Of a stretch of 64,000 nucleotides of DNA, positions 25,865 to 35,816 are shown in pieces. Both the position numbers and the translations under genes were made by a program. Position 1 is the first letter of the stretch; every line of letters starts with the position of its first letter. Under the pieces are notes generated by a model, which saw only the letters and a list, made by a program, of their open reading frames with translations, did no database searches and was not told the origin of the DNA. Origin of the DNA: an uncultured Candidatus Poseidoniales archaeon (GTDB taxonomy: Archaea > Thermoplasmatota > Poseidoniia > Poseidoniales > Thalassarchaeaceae); contig CABXDN010000006.1 in NCBI GenBank assembly GCA_902511005.1, forward strand, positions 7,846-71,845. Direction: 5' to 3'.

Positions 25865-26803
25865 GTGGAACTTTGGCAAGATTCAGGTACAGAATCTCTT
25901 CGTAAATCTTGTTCTCGTATTTGGAAAGGTTCTGATTCTGATGTCGCCGAAGTTAATCTTGATGATGCATCATCACAGAAGGAAGCAATATCGCTTATTG
26001 GAATGATTCCTTGGATTCTTGTTAGATGTTCTGATTGGACAATGATTCCTTTGGAGAATTTAATCTCACATTCCTCGGGTAGTGGAACAAAAATCGCAGT
26101 ATCAATAAATAACGTTGTCGATCTTAATGGCGCTGCATTTGCTCTTGAACACGGAGTTGATGCTTTGCTACTACCTTCTCAAAATGAAGAAATATGGAAA
26201 GAAGCAGAATTGATAATTTCTAGTAAAAAATCTACTGATAAATATTCTAAACCTATTGTCGACTTATCAATTGCAACAATATTATCAATAAATTCTAGTG
26301 GGGTCGGGGAAAGAGTATGTATTGATTTAATAGAGCGTTTAGAAATCGGTGAAGGTATGGTAATTGGGTCCAATTCGTCGTCTCTGGCTTTAGTTCATGG
26401 AGAAACAATAGAGTCAGAATATGTCCCATCTAGGCCATTTAGAGTAAATGCTGGTTCAATTCATTCTTACGTTTTGATGTCCGATGGTTCAACTAAATAT
26501 CTTTCAGAATTATCAGCAGGTGATGAGGTATCAGTTATTTCTCATTCTGGTGTATTTAGGAAATCTATCATTGGTAGACTAAAAATAGAAAGAAGGCCAT
26601 TTTTGATAATACGTTTTAGATCTAAGTCTGGTAATGAAGGTCAGATAATGTTACAACAAGCAGAAACCGTAAGACTTGTTAATGCCTCAGGAAGTATAAT
26701 TTCTGTTACTAATTTAGAAATTGGAGATGAAATCATAGTACGTAATGATAATCAAATGAGGCATATAGGTAATGCGCTTGACGGGGAGATGAGGGAAAAA
26801 TGA
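25865..26803 (+). CDS. aroB': 3-dehydroquinate synthase II (archaeal type)
   Basis: DWTMIPLENLI, GERVCIDL..EIGEGMVIGS, VHGETIES.YV.SRPFRVNAGSIHSYV, KYLSEL.AGDEV, GRLKIERRPF and AETVRLVN closely follow the Methanocaldococcus-type DHQ synthase II as I recall it. GTG start. Confidence 0.88.
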   Translation: MELWQDSGTESLRKSCSRIWKGSDSDVAEVNLDDASSQKEAISLIGMIPWILVRCSDWTMIPLENLISHSSGSGTKIAVSINNVVDLNGAAFALEHGVDALLLPSQNEEIWKEAELIISSKKSTDKYSKPIVDLSIATILSINSSGVGERVCIDLIERLEIGEGMVIGSNSSSLALVHGETIESEYVPSRPFRVNAGSIHSYVLMSDGSTKYLSELSAGDEVSVISHSGVFRKSIIGRLKIERRPFLIIRFRSKSGNEGQIMLQQAETVRLVNASGSIISVTNLEIGDEIIVRNDNQMRHIGNALDGEMREK

Positions 26804-27654
26804 AAGTACTCGCAGAGGCTGAAGCCAACGCCGCAATTTCTGTTCTCCATGCTCTAGGATTAGGTAAAGGTTGTTCAATAGGTATTGATTTGAAAGTTTT
26901 AGTCAGGTTAGTATCTGAGCCTCAAGATGTAAAAGAGGATTTACATTCATTGTTAGATTCAGTTGAAATAATATGGAGCGAAGCTGGTCTTCCTTTACCT
27001 GATAATTTTGGATGGCAAATAGTATCTAATGTGCCAATGGGACAGGGACTTAAGTCTAGTTCAGCAATTTCTTGTGCCGCAATTAAAGCGTTAAATATCG
27101 CCACATGGACTGGATTGAGTGAATCTGAAATAATCGATTTGTCCGTTTCTTCACAACGACATGCCGGCTGTACTGTAACCGGTAGTATGGATGATTCATG
27201 GGCATCTATTTCTCCGGGTTGGAAATTAGTAGATCCATCTCAACCTGCCAAATATTCTATTCTAATAGAAGGCGGAATAAAGGAAGACTATTGTGTATTT
27301 ATTATACTTAGAGGGGCGCGTTCGAATGAAATTAATTCTCAAAAATTTAACGACCAATTAACAATTTTTGAACGCTCATTAAGTTCTCTATCAAACGGTT
27401 CAGTTTTCCACGCTATGTCAGCAAATGGTATGGCAGTTGCTGCAGCGACAGATGATGATGAGGCTCTCAGGATTTGCAATAATGTCATAGCGAACGGAGC
27501 TCTTTCAGCAGCAATAACTGGCTCTGGCCCTGCTATCTCAGTTGTTTGTTTTAAACAAGACAAAGCATTAATTGAAGAAGTTCTTAGTAGAACTCAATAT
27601 GAAATTATCGAGAGTAGTTTTCAGGAATCTGATTTAGCGGAGATGATTAAATGA
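26800..27654 (+). CDS. archaeal GHMP-type shikimate kinase
   Basis: GHMP motif PMGQGLKSSSAISCA. Position between aroB' and aroC, with 4-nt overlaps on both sides. Confidence 0.8.
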   Translation: MKVLAEAEANAAISVLHALGLGKGCSIGIDLKVLVRLVSEPQDVKEDLHSLLDSVEIIWSEAGLPLPDNFGWQIVSNVPMGQGLKSSSAISCAAIKALNIATWTGLSESEIIDLSVSSQRHAGCTVTGSMDDSWASISPGWKLVDPSQPAKYSILIEGGIKEDYCVFIILRGARSNEINSQKFNDQLTIFERSLSSLSNGSVFHAMSANGMAVAAATDDDEALRICNNVIANGALSAAITGSGPAISVVCFKQDKALIEEVLSRTQYEIIESSFQESDLAEMIK

Positions 27655-28748
27655 GTATGAAATTAGGAGATCGACTTCGAGTGACTCTTTTTGGAGAAAG
27701 TCACGGACGATGCGTTGGTGCGTTATTAGAGGGATTACCAGCGGGAACACCTATCAACAACGACGCATTAATTGAATTCATAGATAGAAGAAAACCAGGT
27801 AGGAAAGGACTTTCATCGAGAGCAGAAATCGACAAATGTGAGATAATGTCTGGTGTTCATGAGGGTATTGCTACCGGTTGGCCAATACTTCTACTGACTC
27901 ACAACTCGGATATACGTTCGAAAGACTATTCATTTCTTCCAGATCATCCCAGACCAGGTCACGCAGATATGGTTGAACATGTAAGGTCAGAAGGTGTAAG
28001 TGATTTGAGAGGGGGTGGGGCACAATCTGCAAGATTGACATTCGGACTTGTTGCTGCAGGTAGTCAAGCGCGTAGTTTACTAGATTCAGTGGGTTGGAGT
28101 TGTAATGCCCATCTAGCCAGTGTTGGAGAGATTCGTTCTAAGCCTTTATTCCAATTAGATAGATCATCTCCTTTAGATAATGGTACTGATATGTCTCGTT
28201 TGAATTGTAGAGATCCAGATGCAGTCGTTAAAATGTCTGAATTATTAGAGAATATAAGACGTGATCTTGACTCTATAGGTTCATCAGTAGAGTTATTGAT
28301 TGAGGGATTACCTATTGGAGTTGGAGAACCATGGTTCGATGGTATTGAGCCAGCATTAGCTAGAGGTATGATGGCCATACCTGGTGCCAGAGCTATTGAG
28401 TTTTCTCATGGATTTGAGACCTCTAAAATGAGAGGTTCTGAGAATAATGATGCATGGGTACTAGAAGATGATGAGTTTTCTTTAGCAGGTTCTAAATCTG
28501 GAAATGCTGATGGTTCATTAGGTGGACGTTCAACTAGTGCTGCAGTCAGAGTTGTTGTTCACTTCAAACCACCGAGTAGCCTTGCTAGAGAACAATCTAC
28601 GCTACATCTACCAAGTGGTGAACAGAGACCACTTCGGGTTCTTGGTCGTCATGATCCCGTTTTAGGACCAAGAGCTGTGCCTGTAGTCGAATCTGTAGCG
28701 ATATTAGTTATGGCGGACTTAGGAATTATTGGCGGATATATCGAGTAG
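27651..28748 (+). CDS. aroC: chorismate synthase
   Basis: RVTLFGESHG, RPGHAD and GGGAQSAR motifs. Confidence 0.9.
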   Translation: MSMKLGDRLRVTLFGESHGRCVGALLEGLPAGTPINNDALIEFIDRRKPGRKGLSSRAEIDKCEIMSGVHEGIATGWPILLLTHNSDIRSKDYSFLPDHPRPGHADMVEHVRSEGVSDLRGGGAQSARLTFGLVAAGSQARSLLDSVGWSCNAHLASVGEIRSKPLFQLDRSSPLDNGTDMSRLNCRDPDAVVKMSELLENIRRDLDSIGSSVELLIEGLPIGVGEPWFDGIEPALARGMMAIPGARAIEFSHGFETSKMRGSENNDAWVLEDDEFSLAGSKSGNADGSLGGRSTSAAVRVVVHFKPPSSLAREQSTLHLPSGEQRPLRVLGRHDPVLGPRAVPVVESVAILVMADLGIIGGYIE

Positions 28749-28753
28749 ATCTT

Positions 28754-29677
28754 TTATTTACTGCCATTTTCTCTCATTTGAGCTAACCTTACTGGTAGAT
28801 TCACTGCAAATGCAGATGCAACAATCATAAAAACAACTGCGGTTCCTAAAGCTACACCATAAACTGAAGTTAATTCTACACTTTCTGCTAATCTATCTGC
28901 AGCCGCATCACTGCCTAGTAATCCAACTATTGATGGAATAATTAGATTAATCATTAATGTGACCAAAGCAACTAATCCTGCTACTATTGGGGTAATTAAT
29001 AATGACCTGTAATATTGCGAAGTTATTTTCTTGACATTCATGACATAAACTTCACCTGTTCTAATCGACTTGTCTAGCATAGAGAAACGTATGATTCCAC
29101 TAGTTATTTCAATGTACATCACAAGGAAAAGTGCATAAGAAATTAGGAGTAGTTTTTGTGAAATTTCACCATCTGGTAACAGATCAATACCGAATTCAAC
29201 CTTACTTCCCGCAAATCGAATTGTAACTAATATTAGAACTACATAAGATATCAATATAGCGCGTTGATCTCTTTGAAATACACCGTACATTCCTCCAATA
29301 AATCCTATTCCTATTAGTAGGAGATGAATTGCTACTCCCAAGATGGGTATTTCCATGAGGTCACTCAGCCAGAACCATGCTGTACCGGAAACTGGTGTAA
29401 CTGTAAATGTAACAATACATAATAATGTTAGAATAATTGCTGCTGACATTTGTAGAGTTTGGACTACTCTATCTGGAGGGAGGAATTTAGTTCTAGTTAC
29501 AATTGGACCTCCAAAGAATGACTCAATAACTGAAGGTACATGCACTTCTGGAATTGCATCTTTAGGGATTTCACTACTACCTTTCATCTTCCCAGCAGCT
29601 TTTTTCCTACTAGGTGCTGATGATCTGATAGTTTTCCCATCATACAAATGAGCAGTATCTGATTTTTGTTCTGCCAA
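28754..29677 (-). CDS. polytopic membrane protein, last gene of the MoxR/DUF58 module
   Basis: Six or more hydrophobic helices. Lies 12 nt downstream of the DUF58 gene on the same strand. Confidence 0.5.
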   Translation of the reverse strand: MAEQKSDTAHLYDGKTIRSSAPSRKKAAGKMKGSSEIPKDAIPEVHVPSVIESFFGGPIVTRTKFLPPDRVVQTLQMSAAIILTLLCIVTFTVTPVSGTAWFWLSDLMEIPILGVAIHLLLIGIGFIGGMYGVFQRDQRAILISYVVLILVTIRFAGSKVEFGIDLLPDGEISQKLLLISYALFLVMYIEITSGIIRFSMLDKSIRTGEVYVMNVKKITSQYYRSLLITPIVAGLVALVTLMINLIIPSIVGLLGSDAAADRLAESVELTSVYGVALGTAVVFMIVASAFAVNLPVRLAQMRENGSK

Positions 29678-29689
29678 TTAATCAACTCC

Positions 29690-31015
29690 TCAAAATCCTC
29701 TAGCTCCAGACAAAGCTGTATTTAGTAGCATATCGGGTTCCCAATCCATTACATTAGCCCCTAGTCCTCTTAACTCGCTCATTAGGATATCCCTTTCTGT
29801 TTTGAGTAATTCGTAACCAGTTCTATCCAATCTTCTTGCATCAAATTCGAATTGTAAACTACTTGGCGATAATATGGTAACGTCAAAGTTTCTTGATCTT
29901 AGATCTCTAACTGCTTCAATTATTGTCGGGTCATCTTCTAATGGACTCAGAATAATAATCGGGCTACCTCTATTTATGTGCGGCATGATTCTATTTGTAA
30001 CGACTTTAAGTGGAGTATTTCCTTTAGCCATTGCTCCTGCCAGTTTTGTCAAAATAACATATAATTGCTTTTTACCAGTATCTCTGTCAACTGAAACAAT
30101 TTCATCGCTGTAAACAACTAATCCTACTGAATCTCTTCTTGAGAGGAAATATTGTGCGAGACTTGCCGCTGCTCTTGTGCTATAAACTAATGAATTACGA
30201 CTTACTGGGCCTGTTTCTGAAACTGATCTACTATCTACTAATAGTATGATGTCGCTTACCGCATCTCTTTCAAACTCATTTACCATTAGTTTTCCACCTG
30301 AACGGGCCGTAGCCTTCCAGTTGACTTTCTTCATAGCATCCCCTGGTACATATTCTCTAAGGTTATAGAAATTTGACCCTTCTCCAGGATTTCTAATATT
30401 CACTGCACCAGTAAATATTTTTGGTACACGACTTTTAATCAGTGCATCTTTAATATCTTCCATTTTTGGAAATACAAGAAAATCATCATATAAGTGTATT
30501 TCTCTTTCATTATGAAATAGTCCAAATGTATCTTGTATCCTGATACATACAGGGCCTATAGTATAAAATCCTCTTAATGGGGCTTCAATAGTGTATGCAA
30601 TTTCTGTTTCTCTTTGAGGTCCCAATTCCATTAAAACATAGTTTGCTCCTTTCTTTATTCTCATTACTTCAGGAACACGGTCTCTAACTTCCAGAACCTT
30701 GGAGAGGTTTGATTTATTCTGGATTCTAATAGATACGTCGACTTCACCGTCTTCAAAGACACGTGCTGAAGAAAGTCTCCTTAATGCTACGAGATTTTGT
30801 AGTGCTACACCACCTGAGTTCACTTCTTCATCCATTCTTCTACCGGATGACGAGACATCAGCATTTGTAGTTCTGAATGCTGCCCAAGTAAGGAAGGAAA
30901 GAAGAACTACAGCTACTGTTACTAACTGCTGGTTACGTAAAACTAGGCCTAGAAGATACAGAGCTATCGCTAAAGAAGCGAACATCGCTGATTTTCTACT
31001 CCATGCCACAAGCAA
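29690..31015 (-). CDS. DUF58 (vWA-like) protein
   Basis: N-terminal TM pair, then LREYVPGDAMKKVNWKATARSGKLMVNEFE, the hallmark DUF58 motif. Adjacent to MoxR. Confidence 0.85.
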   Translation of the reverse strand: MLVAWSRKSAMFASLAIALYLLGLVLRNQQLVTVAVVLLSFLTWAAFRTTNADVSSSGRRMDEEVNSGGVALQNLVALRRLSSARVFEDGEVDVSIRIQNKSNLSKVLEVRDRVPEVMRIKKGANYVLMELGPQRETEIAYTIEAPLRGFYTIGPVCIRIQDTFGLFHNEREIHLYDDFLVFPKMEDIKDALIKSRVPKIFTGAVNIRNPGEGSNFYNLREYVPGDAMKKVNWKATARSGGKLMVNEFERDAVSDIILLVDSRSVSETGPVSRNSLVYSTRAAASLAQYFLSRRDSVGLVVYSDEIVSVDRDTGKKQLYVILTKLAGAMAKGNTPLKVVTNRIMPHINRGSPIIILSPLEDDPTIIEAVRDLRSRNFDVTILSPSSLQFEFDARRLDRTGYELLKTERDILMSELRGLGANVMDWEPDMLLNTALSGARGF

Positions 31016-31038
31016 ACCTCCTTAGATCTGTCTTCTAT

Positions 31039-32094
31039 TCAAACCGTTGGGACAGGAACTTGCCTAAGGATATCTGCAACGACTTGATCAGTCTCAAGAC
31101 CCTTTATTTGATGTTCTGGTTTCAAAATTAGTCTGTGTGAAACTGCTAATGTAGCTACGGCCTTCACATCGTCAGGTGTGACGAAATCTCTTCCGCGCAT
31201 AGCGGCTGCAGCACGACTTGTCTTCAGTAATGCTTGAGAACCACGAGGAGAGGAACCGACCAATACACGTGGGTCTTCTCTAGTTCTGGACACAATTTCT
31301 ACCATGTACATTCTCACTGCTGGGTCTACGTACACATCCTCGATTGCTTGTTGCATAGCAACAACTCTAGCAGGGTCGGTGATTACATCAACTTCAACTG
31401 CATCTTTCTTTCTTTCAATCCTTCTTCTTAGAATCTCATCTTCATCCGCTCTGTCAGGATATCCCACTGACATCTTAAACATGAAACGGTCTAATTGAGC
31501 TTCTGGCAGAGGATAAGTTCCTTCTTGTTCTACTGGATTCTGTGTAGCCATTGTCAAGAATGGTGAGGGTAATTTGTGAGTGATTACACCAATGGTGACT
31601 TGCTTTTCCTGCATCGCTTCCAGCAAAGCAGCTTGTGTCTTTGGAGGTGCTCTATTTATTTCGTCAGATAGAAGTAGGTTACAGAAGATAGGCCCTGGTT
31701 TGAAACTAAATTCTCCTTTCTTTGCATCATAGATATTTGTGCCAGTAATATCTGCTGGAAGCAAATCCGGTGTAAATTGTACACGCTTGAAATCACATCC
31801 TAATGCGTCTGCGAAAGTGTTGGTCATCAGTGTTTTTGCAAGTCCAGGATAATCTTCGAATAGAAGATTACCGTTAGATAAAATGTTAACCATAACATTG
31901 TCAATTACATGGGCCTTTCCAATAATAACTTTCTGAACCTCTAGGCTAATCGCTTCTGCGATCGCCCCTACAGCTTCGAGTTTGTCACTCATTTTCTTAG
32001 TTCCACGAACGGTTTCGGCTTTCTTTGCATATCCCTGACTGACCGCGTCTGCTTGCGGTGCTGCTGGTTTTTCTGCTGGTGGTGTTGCGTTCAT
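31039..32094 (-). CDS. MoxR-family AAA+ ATPase
   Basis: Walker A-like YPGLAKTL and Walker B / sensor block LLSDEINRAPPKTQAALLEAMQEKQVT, typical of MoxR. Confidence 0.9.
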   Translation of the reverse strand: MNATPPAEKPAAPQADAVSQGYAKKAETVRGTKKMSDKLEAVGAIAEAISLEVQKVIIGKAHVIDNVMVNILSNGNLLFEDYPGLAKTLMTNTFADALGCDFKRVQFTPDLLPADITGTNIYDAKKGEFSFKPGPIFCNLLLSDEINRAPPKTQAALLEAMQEKQVTIGVITHKLPSPFLTMATQNPVEQEGTYPLPEAQLDRFMFKMSVGYPDRADEDEILRRRIERKKDAVEVDVITDPARVVAMQQAIEDVYVDPAVRMYMVEIVSRTREDPRVLVGSSPRGSQALLKTSRAAAAMRGRDFVTPDDVKAVATLAVSHRLILKPEHQIKGLETDQVVADILRQVPVPTV

Positions 32095-32112
32095 TTTTCA
32101 TCTCTCCAATTT

Positions 32113-33711
32113 TTAATTCTTACCCCATTTCCTAATAGCTACCATAAGTTGCCTTAGTTCTTGGGGTGAGTATGTACGTGTTTGGCTGTAGGCTAGTTCG
32201 ACTAGCCTAGGGTCGCCTATCATTGCTTGGACTTCTGCTGGTGGTTTTGAAGCCATTTGGTCGCGAGTCAGGTCATGGTGAACTCTAACCTTAGTAAATA
32301 ACGCCTGTTTGACTCTTAATTTATATGTGCTAGAATCCAATTTATTTGGTCTTTGATTAAATCTAGTCAAATCAAATACATGCCTCCAATTTTCTTTCTG
32401 TGGTATAACCATCATTGACACTAGTAGCAATAAACCTACGTTGAGAACTACGAGCCATTTAAGGAATGTATTAGATGTAAGCAATACAACAGTAGACATA
32501 GCTGCTACGAATGGCGCAGAAATAGTACCCGTTACATGCCTGCTCTCATCGAAAACAATTTGAAAATTACCAGTATCCTGCCTAATTTGGCTTGAAAGTT
32601 GAGTATTATCAAATTCCATCATTGAATGTATTAGCATCTGGAAATAGACGCTATTGCCATTCCAGTCATTGTTATCATTAATTTCATTCATCCAACATTT
32701 TGATTCTACAATTCCTTCACAAGAACTTCTCATCCCAGTTTCAGCAGCCGTAGATATATCCCATAGCCTATTTGAAAATGCTTCGTCATCAGAAACGAAT
32801 ACGATACTACCTGTGACTCTTATTTCTTCTAATCCACTATTTAATCCACTCTTTCCTGTTACTCTATCATAAACAGGGACATTAGGATAATCGACACGTA
32901 TCATTAGCGACAAATCTCCTGGTGCAGGGTTTTCAGCATTACTGGAATCTCCATCTCCTACGATGTCTATGAATGCTGACGAAGATGCAGATGCTAGAAC
33001 ACTGACTTGTCTCTGACTATCTGGGTTCTGTTGTGGCAAATCCTCTGATGTCGGTTCAAATCTTATTCCAGTAGGGGAACGAAACATTACTGGAATTCTA
33101 CATGACTTAGGATCATTATTTGAAATTTGAAATTCAGAACAACCTTTCCTGGCAGCACCTGCTTCCATTTCATTAACGTCGTTTTCAACACTTGCAACGC
33201 TCCAAACATTCTGCCAGACAGGATATTTTGTTGATCCATCTTCATTATATTCTAGCCAATGTTGATTTTGATCCAATAGTGGTGAATCAAAATATGATAC
33301 TCCAAATTTAGAAGCTAGTCTATTTGCATTAGTATTGTCGGCAGCAACTATTACCTTTCCTCCTTTTTCGGTTACAAATTCATAAATTGCATCTGCAGCA
33401 GTTTCATCAATTGGTTTCTCAGGTGAGATAATAACTAACATTGTACGATGAGGGTCTTTCCAATCATTAACTAGCATTGGAGTTGACATTGTATTTGCAA
33501 TGAAGTAACTATCAGGTAGTCCTGTAGGGTCTGACATGTCTGCTCTCATTTCACTAAGTTGTGCTAAATCATTTGATTCGTACGCAGAATATGAGGTATC
33601 TTTTCCGATAACCATAATCATAGGTGCGAGTAAAAGAAGTACAACAGTTACGGCTATAGAGCCTATCACCACTGTATTGAAATCGAAATTATTTTCACTT
33701 TCTTCAGTCAC
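32113..33711 (-). CDS. membrane-anchored protein (N- and C-terminal TM helices), possibly DUF4350-like partner of MoxR/DUF58
   Basis: GTG start. TM helices VVIGSIAVTVVLLLLAPMIMVI and LVVLNVGLLLLVSMMVI flank a large extracytoplasmic domain. The family assignment rests on context only. Confidence 0.5.
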   Translation of the reverse strand: MTEESENNFDFNTVVIGSIAVTVVLLLLAPMIMVIGKDTSYSAYESNDLAQLSEMRADMSDPTGLPDSYFIANTMSTPMLVNDWKDPHRTMLVIISPEKPIDETAADAIYEFVTEKGGKVIVAADNTNANRLASKFGVSYFDSPLLDQNQHWLEYNEDGSTKYPVWQNVWSVASVENDVNEMEAGAARKGCSEFQISNNDPKSCRIPVMFRSPTGIRFEPTSEDLPQQNPDSQRQVSVLASASSSAFIDIVGDGDSSNAENPAPGDLSLMIRVDYPNVPVYDRVTGKSGLNSGLEEIRVTGSIVFVSDDEAFSNRLWDISTAAETGMRSSCEGIVESKCWMNEINDNNDWNGNSVYFQMLIHSMMEFDNTQLSSQIRQDTGNFQIVFDESRHVTGTISAPFVAAMSTVVLLTSNTFLKWLVVLNVGLLLLVSMMVIPQKENWRHVFDLTRFNQRPNKLDSSTYKLRVKQALFTKVRVHHDLTRDQMASKPPAEVQAMIGDPRLVELAYSQTRTYSPQELRQLMVAIRKWGKN

Positions 33712-33876
33712 AATTAATCAATCCATTTTTCTGATATAGAACATAGCAAACGCTGACAGTAACCCAACCCACTAATGAATGATAGTTATATGTTGCTGCC
33801 ACTAGTTCAGGTCGATAACTCATTTATAATGCCTGAAGTTTATTTTTAGCACTACTACAATCAGTCTCTTTTCAGA

Positions 33877-34842
33877 CTAAATATATCTTTTTTTACTATT
33901 TATTCCTACATAAAATAGGGCCAAGATTGATGACAGTAGAATCATACCTATTCCTGAAGCTGGAAGGCTAGAATCTACCACTTCTGAAACACTGTTTTCA
34001 TCATCATCATCATTTTGATTATCTACTGGTTTAGCAAGTGGAGGCTCTACTGTAATCGAAGTCTCATCTTCTGATATTTTTGAGTTTCCAGTATTCATTG
34101 CTCCGTTAGAATATATTGAGACTTCTAATTTACAATTTTTTCTCGGATGACTATTCGATGCAGTTATTTTCAAGTCTGCATTTGTTGATTGACCTCTCTC
34201 AAGATCAGTTACAAGTAACTTGTCTAACCCATTATCTGATGTCATTAAGGGACAATTATCCGATAAATCAATTTCACCCACTTTATCTTTTATATTTCCA
34301 TTATTGGTCACAGTAACTCTCAGAATCATATCTGTTCCTGCGTTCATTGGCCCCACAGGATCTGCTATGTCCACTGCGATTGAGTGTATTGTTGGGATTT
34401 CAATATCTGCTACTGCCTCTTGATTTTCTGGAATAATTACAGCAATTCCGGCTCTCGATACTAAAGTCGCCGTAATTTTCATTTCTTCTTTGGACATAGC
34501 TGCAAAATTGAAAACATTTACGTCTTCTATAATTAAATCGAATGTTTCATTGTCTCCTGCTTGTATTTTTTCTGACTCAGGCCCATCCGCAAGTCCTTCA
34601 AAGGGTAATTCATATTCAAAACTAATCTCAACTTCAAACATTTGAGTATTATGGACATAGAATTGTATTACTCGTTCCCCATTTTCATTTAGAACAAACG
34701 CTTTCCCCTCATCGTCTGCAATATATTTTATCCCTAAATCCCAATTACCTAACTCTGGTTCCTGTGCGTAAGTAAGCATAGCAGAGTTGGAAAATAAAAA
34801 CGTAAATACAACAAAATAAACAAATTTCTTCATCTTACTCAC
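33877..34842 (-). CDS. secreted protein with C-terminal LPASG-TM-KKR tail
   Basis: Signal peptide FVYFVVFTFLFSNSAMLTYA, a beta-rich body (CARDB-like impression) and tail SSLPASGIGMILLSSILALFYVGINSKKRYI. Confidence 0.5.
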   Translation of the reverse strand: MSKMKKFVYFVVFTFLFSNSAMLTYAQEPELGNWDLGIKYIADDEGKAFVLNENGERVIQFYVHNTQMFEVEISFEYELPFEGLADGPESEKIQAGDNETFDLIIEDVNVFNFAAMSKEEMKITATLVSRAGIAVIIPENQEAVADIEIPTIHSIAVDIADPVGPMNAGTDMILRVTVTNNGNIKDKVGEIDLSDNCPLMTSDNGLDKLLVTDLERGQSTNADLKITASNSHPRKNCKLEVSIYSNGAMNTGNSKISEDETSITVEPPLAKPVDNQNDDDDENSVSEVVDSSLPASGIGMILLSSILALFYVGINSKKRYI

Positions 34843-35815
34843 CTAATAGACCCTTACAGGCTCTCTTTGTTAAGACCTTCACCATTTTTCTTCTATATGA
34901 GGGGGTAAACCATGTGTTTTGGACAGGTTTCACTGCTTTTCTAATTTGTTCTGATAGAATTTTAATACTTTCTTTTCCGTTCCAATCTTTGACTAGTTCT
35001 GAAGATATATCTTCATGGTATCCAGGTATTGATTCTAAACCTGTGGTTGCTACTCTTAATTGCTCTAGATTCTCGCCTTCCTTTTTCCAAAGAACTGCAA
35101 CGCCTGCTTCGGGAAAGTCCCATGATTCACGTTGACGTAATTTTTGATAATCTCCTTCCCATTGCAGAGTTTCTTTTGGTATGGTTATATGAGTTAGTAA
35201 TTCTCCAGGTAATAATTTATTCTTTTTCATCCCATCTAATTCAAAAAAGTCGTTCAATAACATTTCTCTCTTTCCAGATATAGATATCAAGTGCACTTTA
35301 GCGCCCATACACATCAATACCGGTGCTAAATCTGCTTGATACGTAGCTACACATAATGTATTTTGATTGGGTATAACTCTACAATCCGCACCTGTTCCAC
35401 AGTCACATTTATGGCACCAATCTATTGATTCTCTCCAATCTTCTGTTTGATTATACCAGTAACAACGAGTATCCAAACAAATGTTCCCGCCGACTGTCCC
35501 TGAACGTCTAATCATGATACTGGCTATTGAATTAGCCGATTTTGCTAGAACGGGATGAGTTAATTCTGAGTCAGCTAAATCTTGTAGTCTTACCATTGCT
35601 CCAATATGCGTTTCGGATAGTTCATTTAATTGTGAGATTTTAGCCAATGAAATTACATTTTTCTTTGAATTTAGGTGCCATTTATAGTTCGGAAGTAAAT
35701 CAGTACCTCCTGCAACCCAATCAAATTCTTCTTCATTTGAATGCATATGTTTGGCAATTTCTATAGCCTCATCTATACTGGTTGGTATATGTAACTTAAA
35801 CGGAGGCATTTTCAT
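34835..35815 (-). CDS. molybdenum hydroxylase FAD-binding (medium) subunit, CoxM/XdhB-like
   Basis: WVAGGTDLLPNYK FAD-binding motif. The start is moved to M15 (MKMPPF), which removes a 41-nt overlap with the large-subunit gene. Confidence 0.78.
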   Translation of the reverse strand: MKMPPFKLHIPTSIDEAIEIAKHMHSNEEEFDWVAGGTDLLPNYKWHLNSKKNVISLAKISQLNELSETHIGAMVRLQDLADSELTHPVLAKSANSIASIMIRRSGTVGGNICLDTRCYWYNQTEDWRESIDWCHKCDCGTGADCRVIPNQNTLCVATYQADLAPVLMCMGAKVHLISISGKREMLLNDFFELDGMKKNKLLPGELLTHITIPKETLQWEGDYQKLRQRESWDFPEAGVAVLWKKEGENLEQLRVATTGLESIPGYHEDISSELVKDWNGKESIKILSEQIRKAVKPVQNTWFTPSYRRKMVKVLTKRACKGLLGE

Positions 35816-35816
35816 C

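Noticed and set aside
33704-33823. 39-codon hydrophobic ORF (MSYRPELVAATYNYHSLVGWVTVSVCYVLYQKNGLINCD) on the - strand, overlapping the GTG start of the 32113..33711 gene by 8 nt
   Set aside because: It is too short and uncorroborated to call as a gene. It is kept only as a note under the MoxR module finding.
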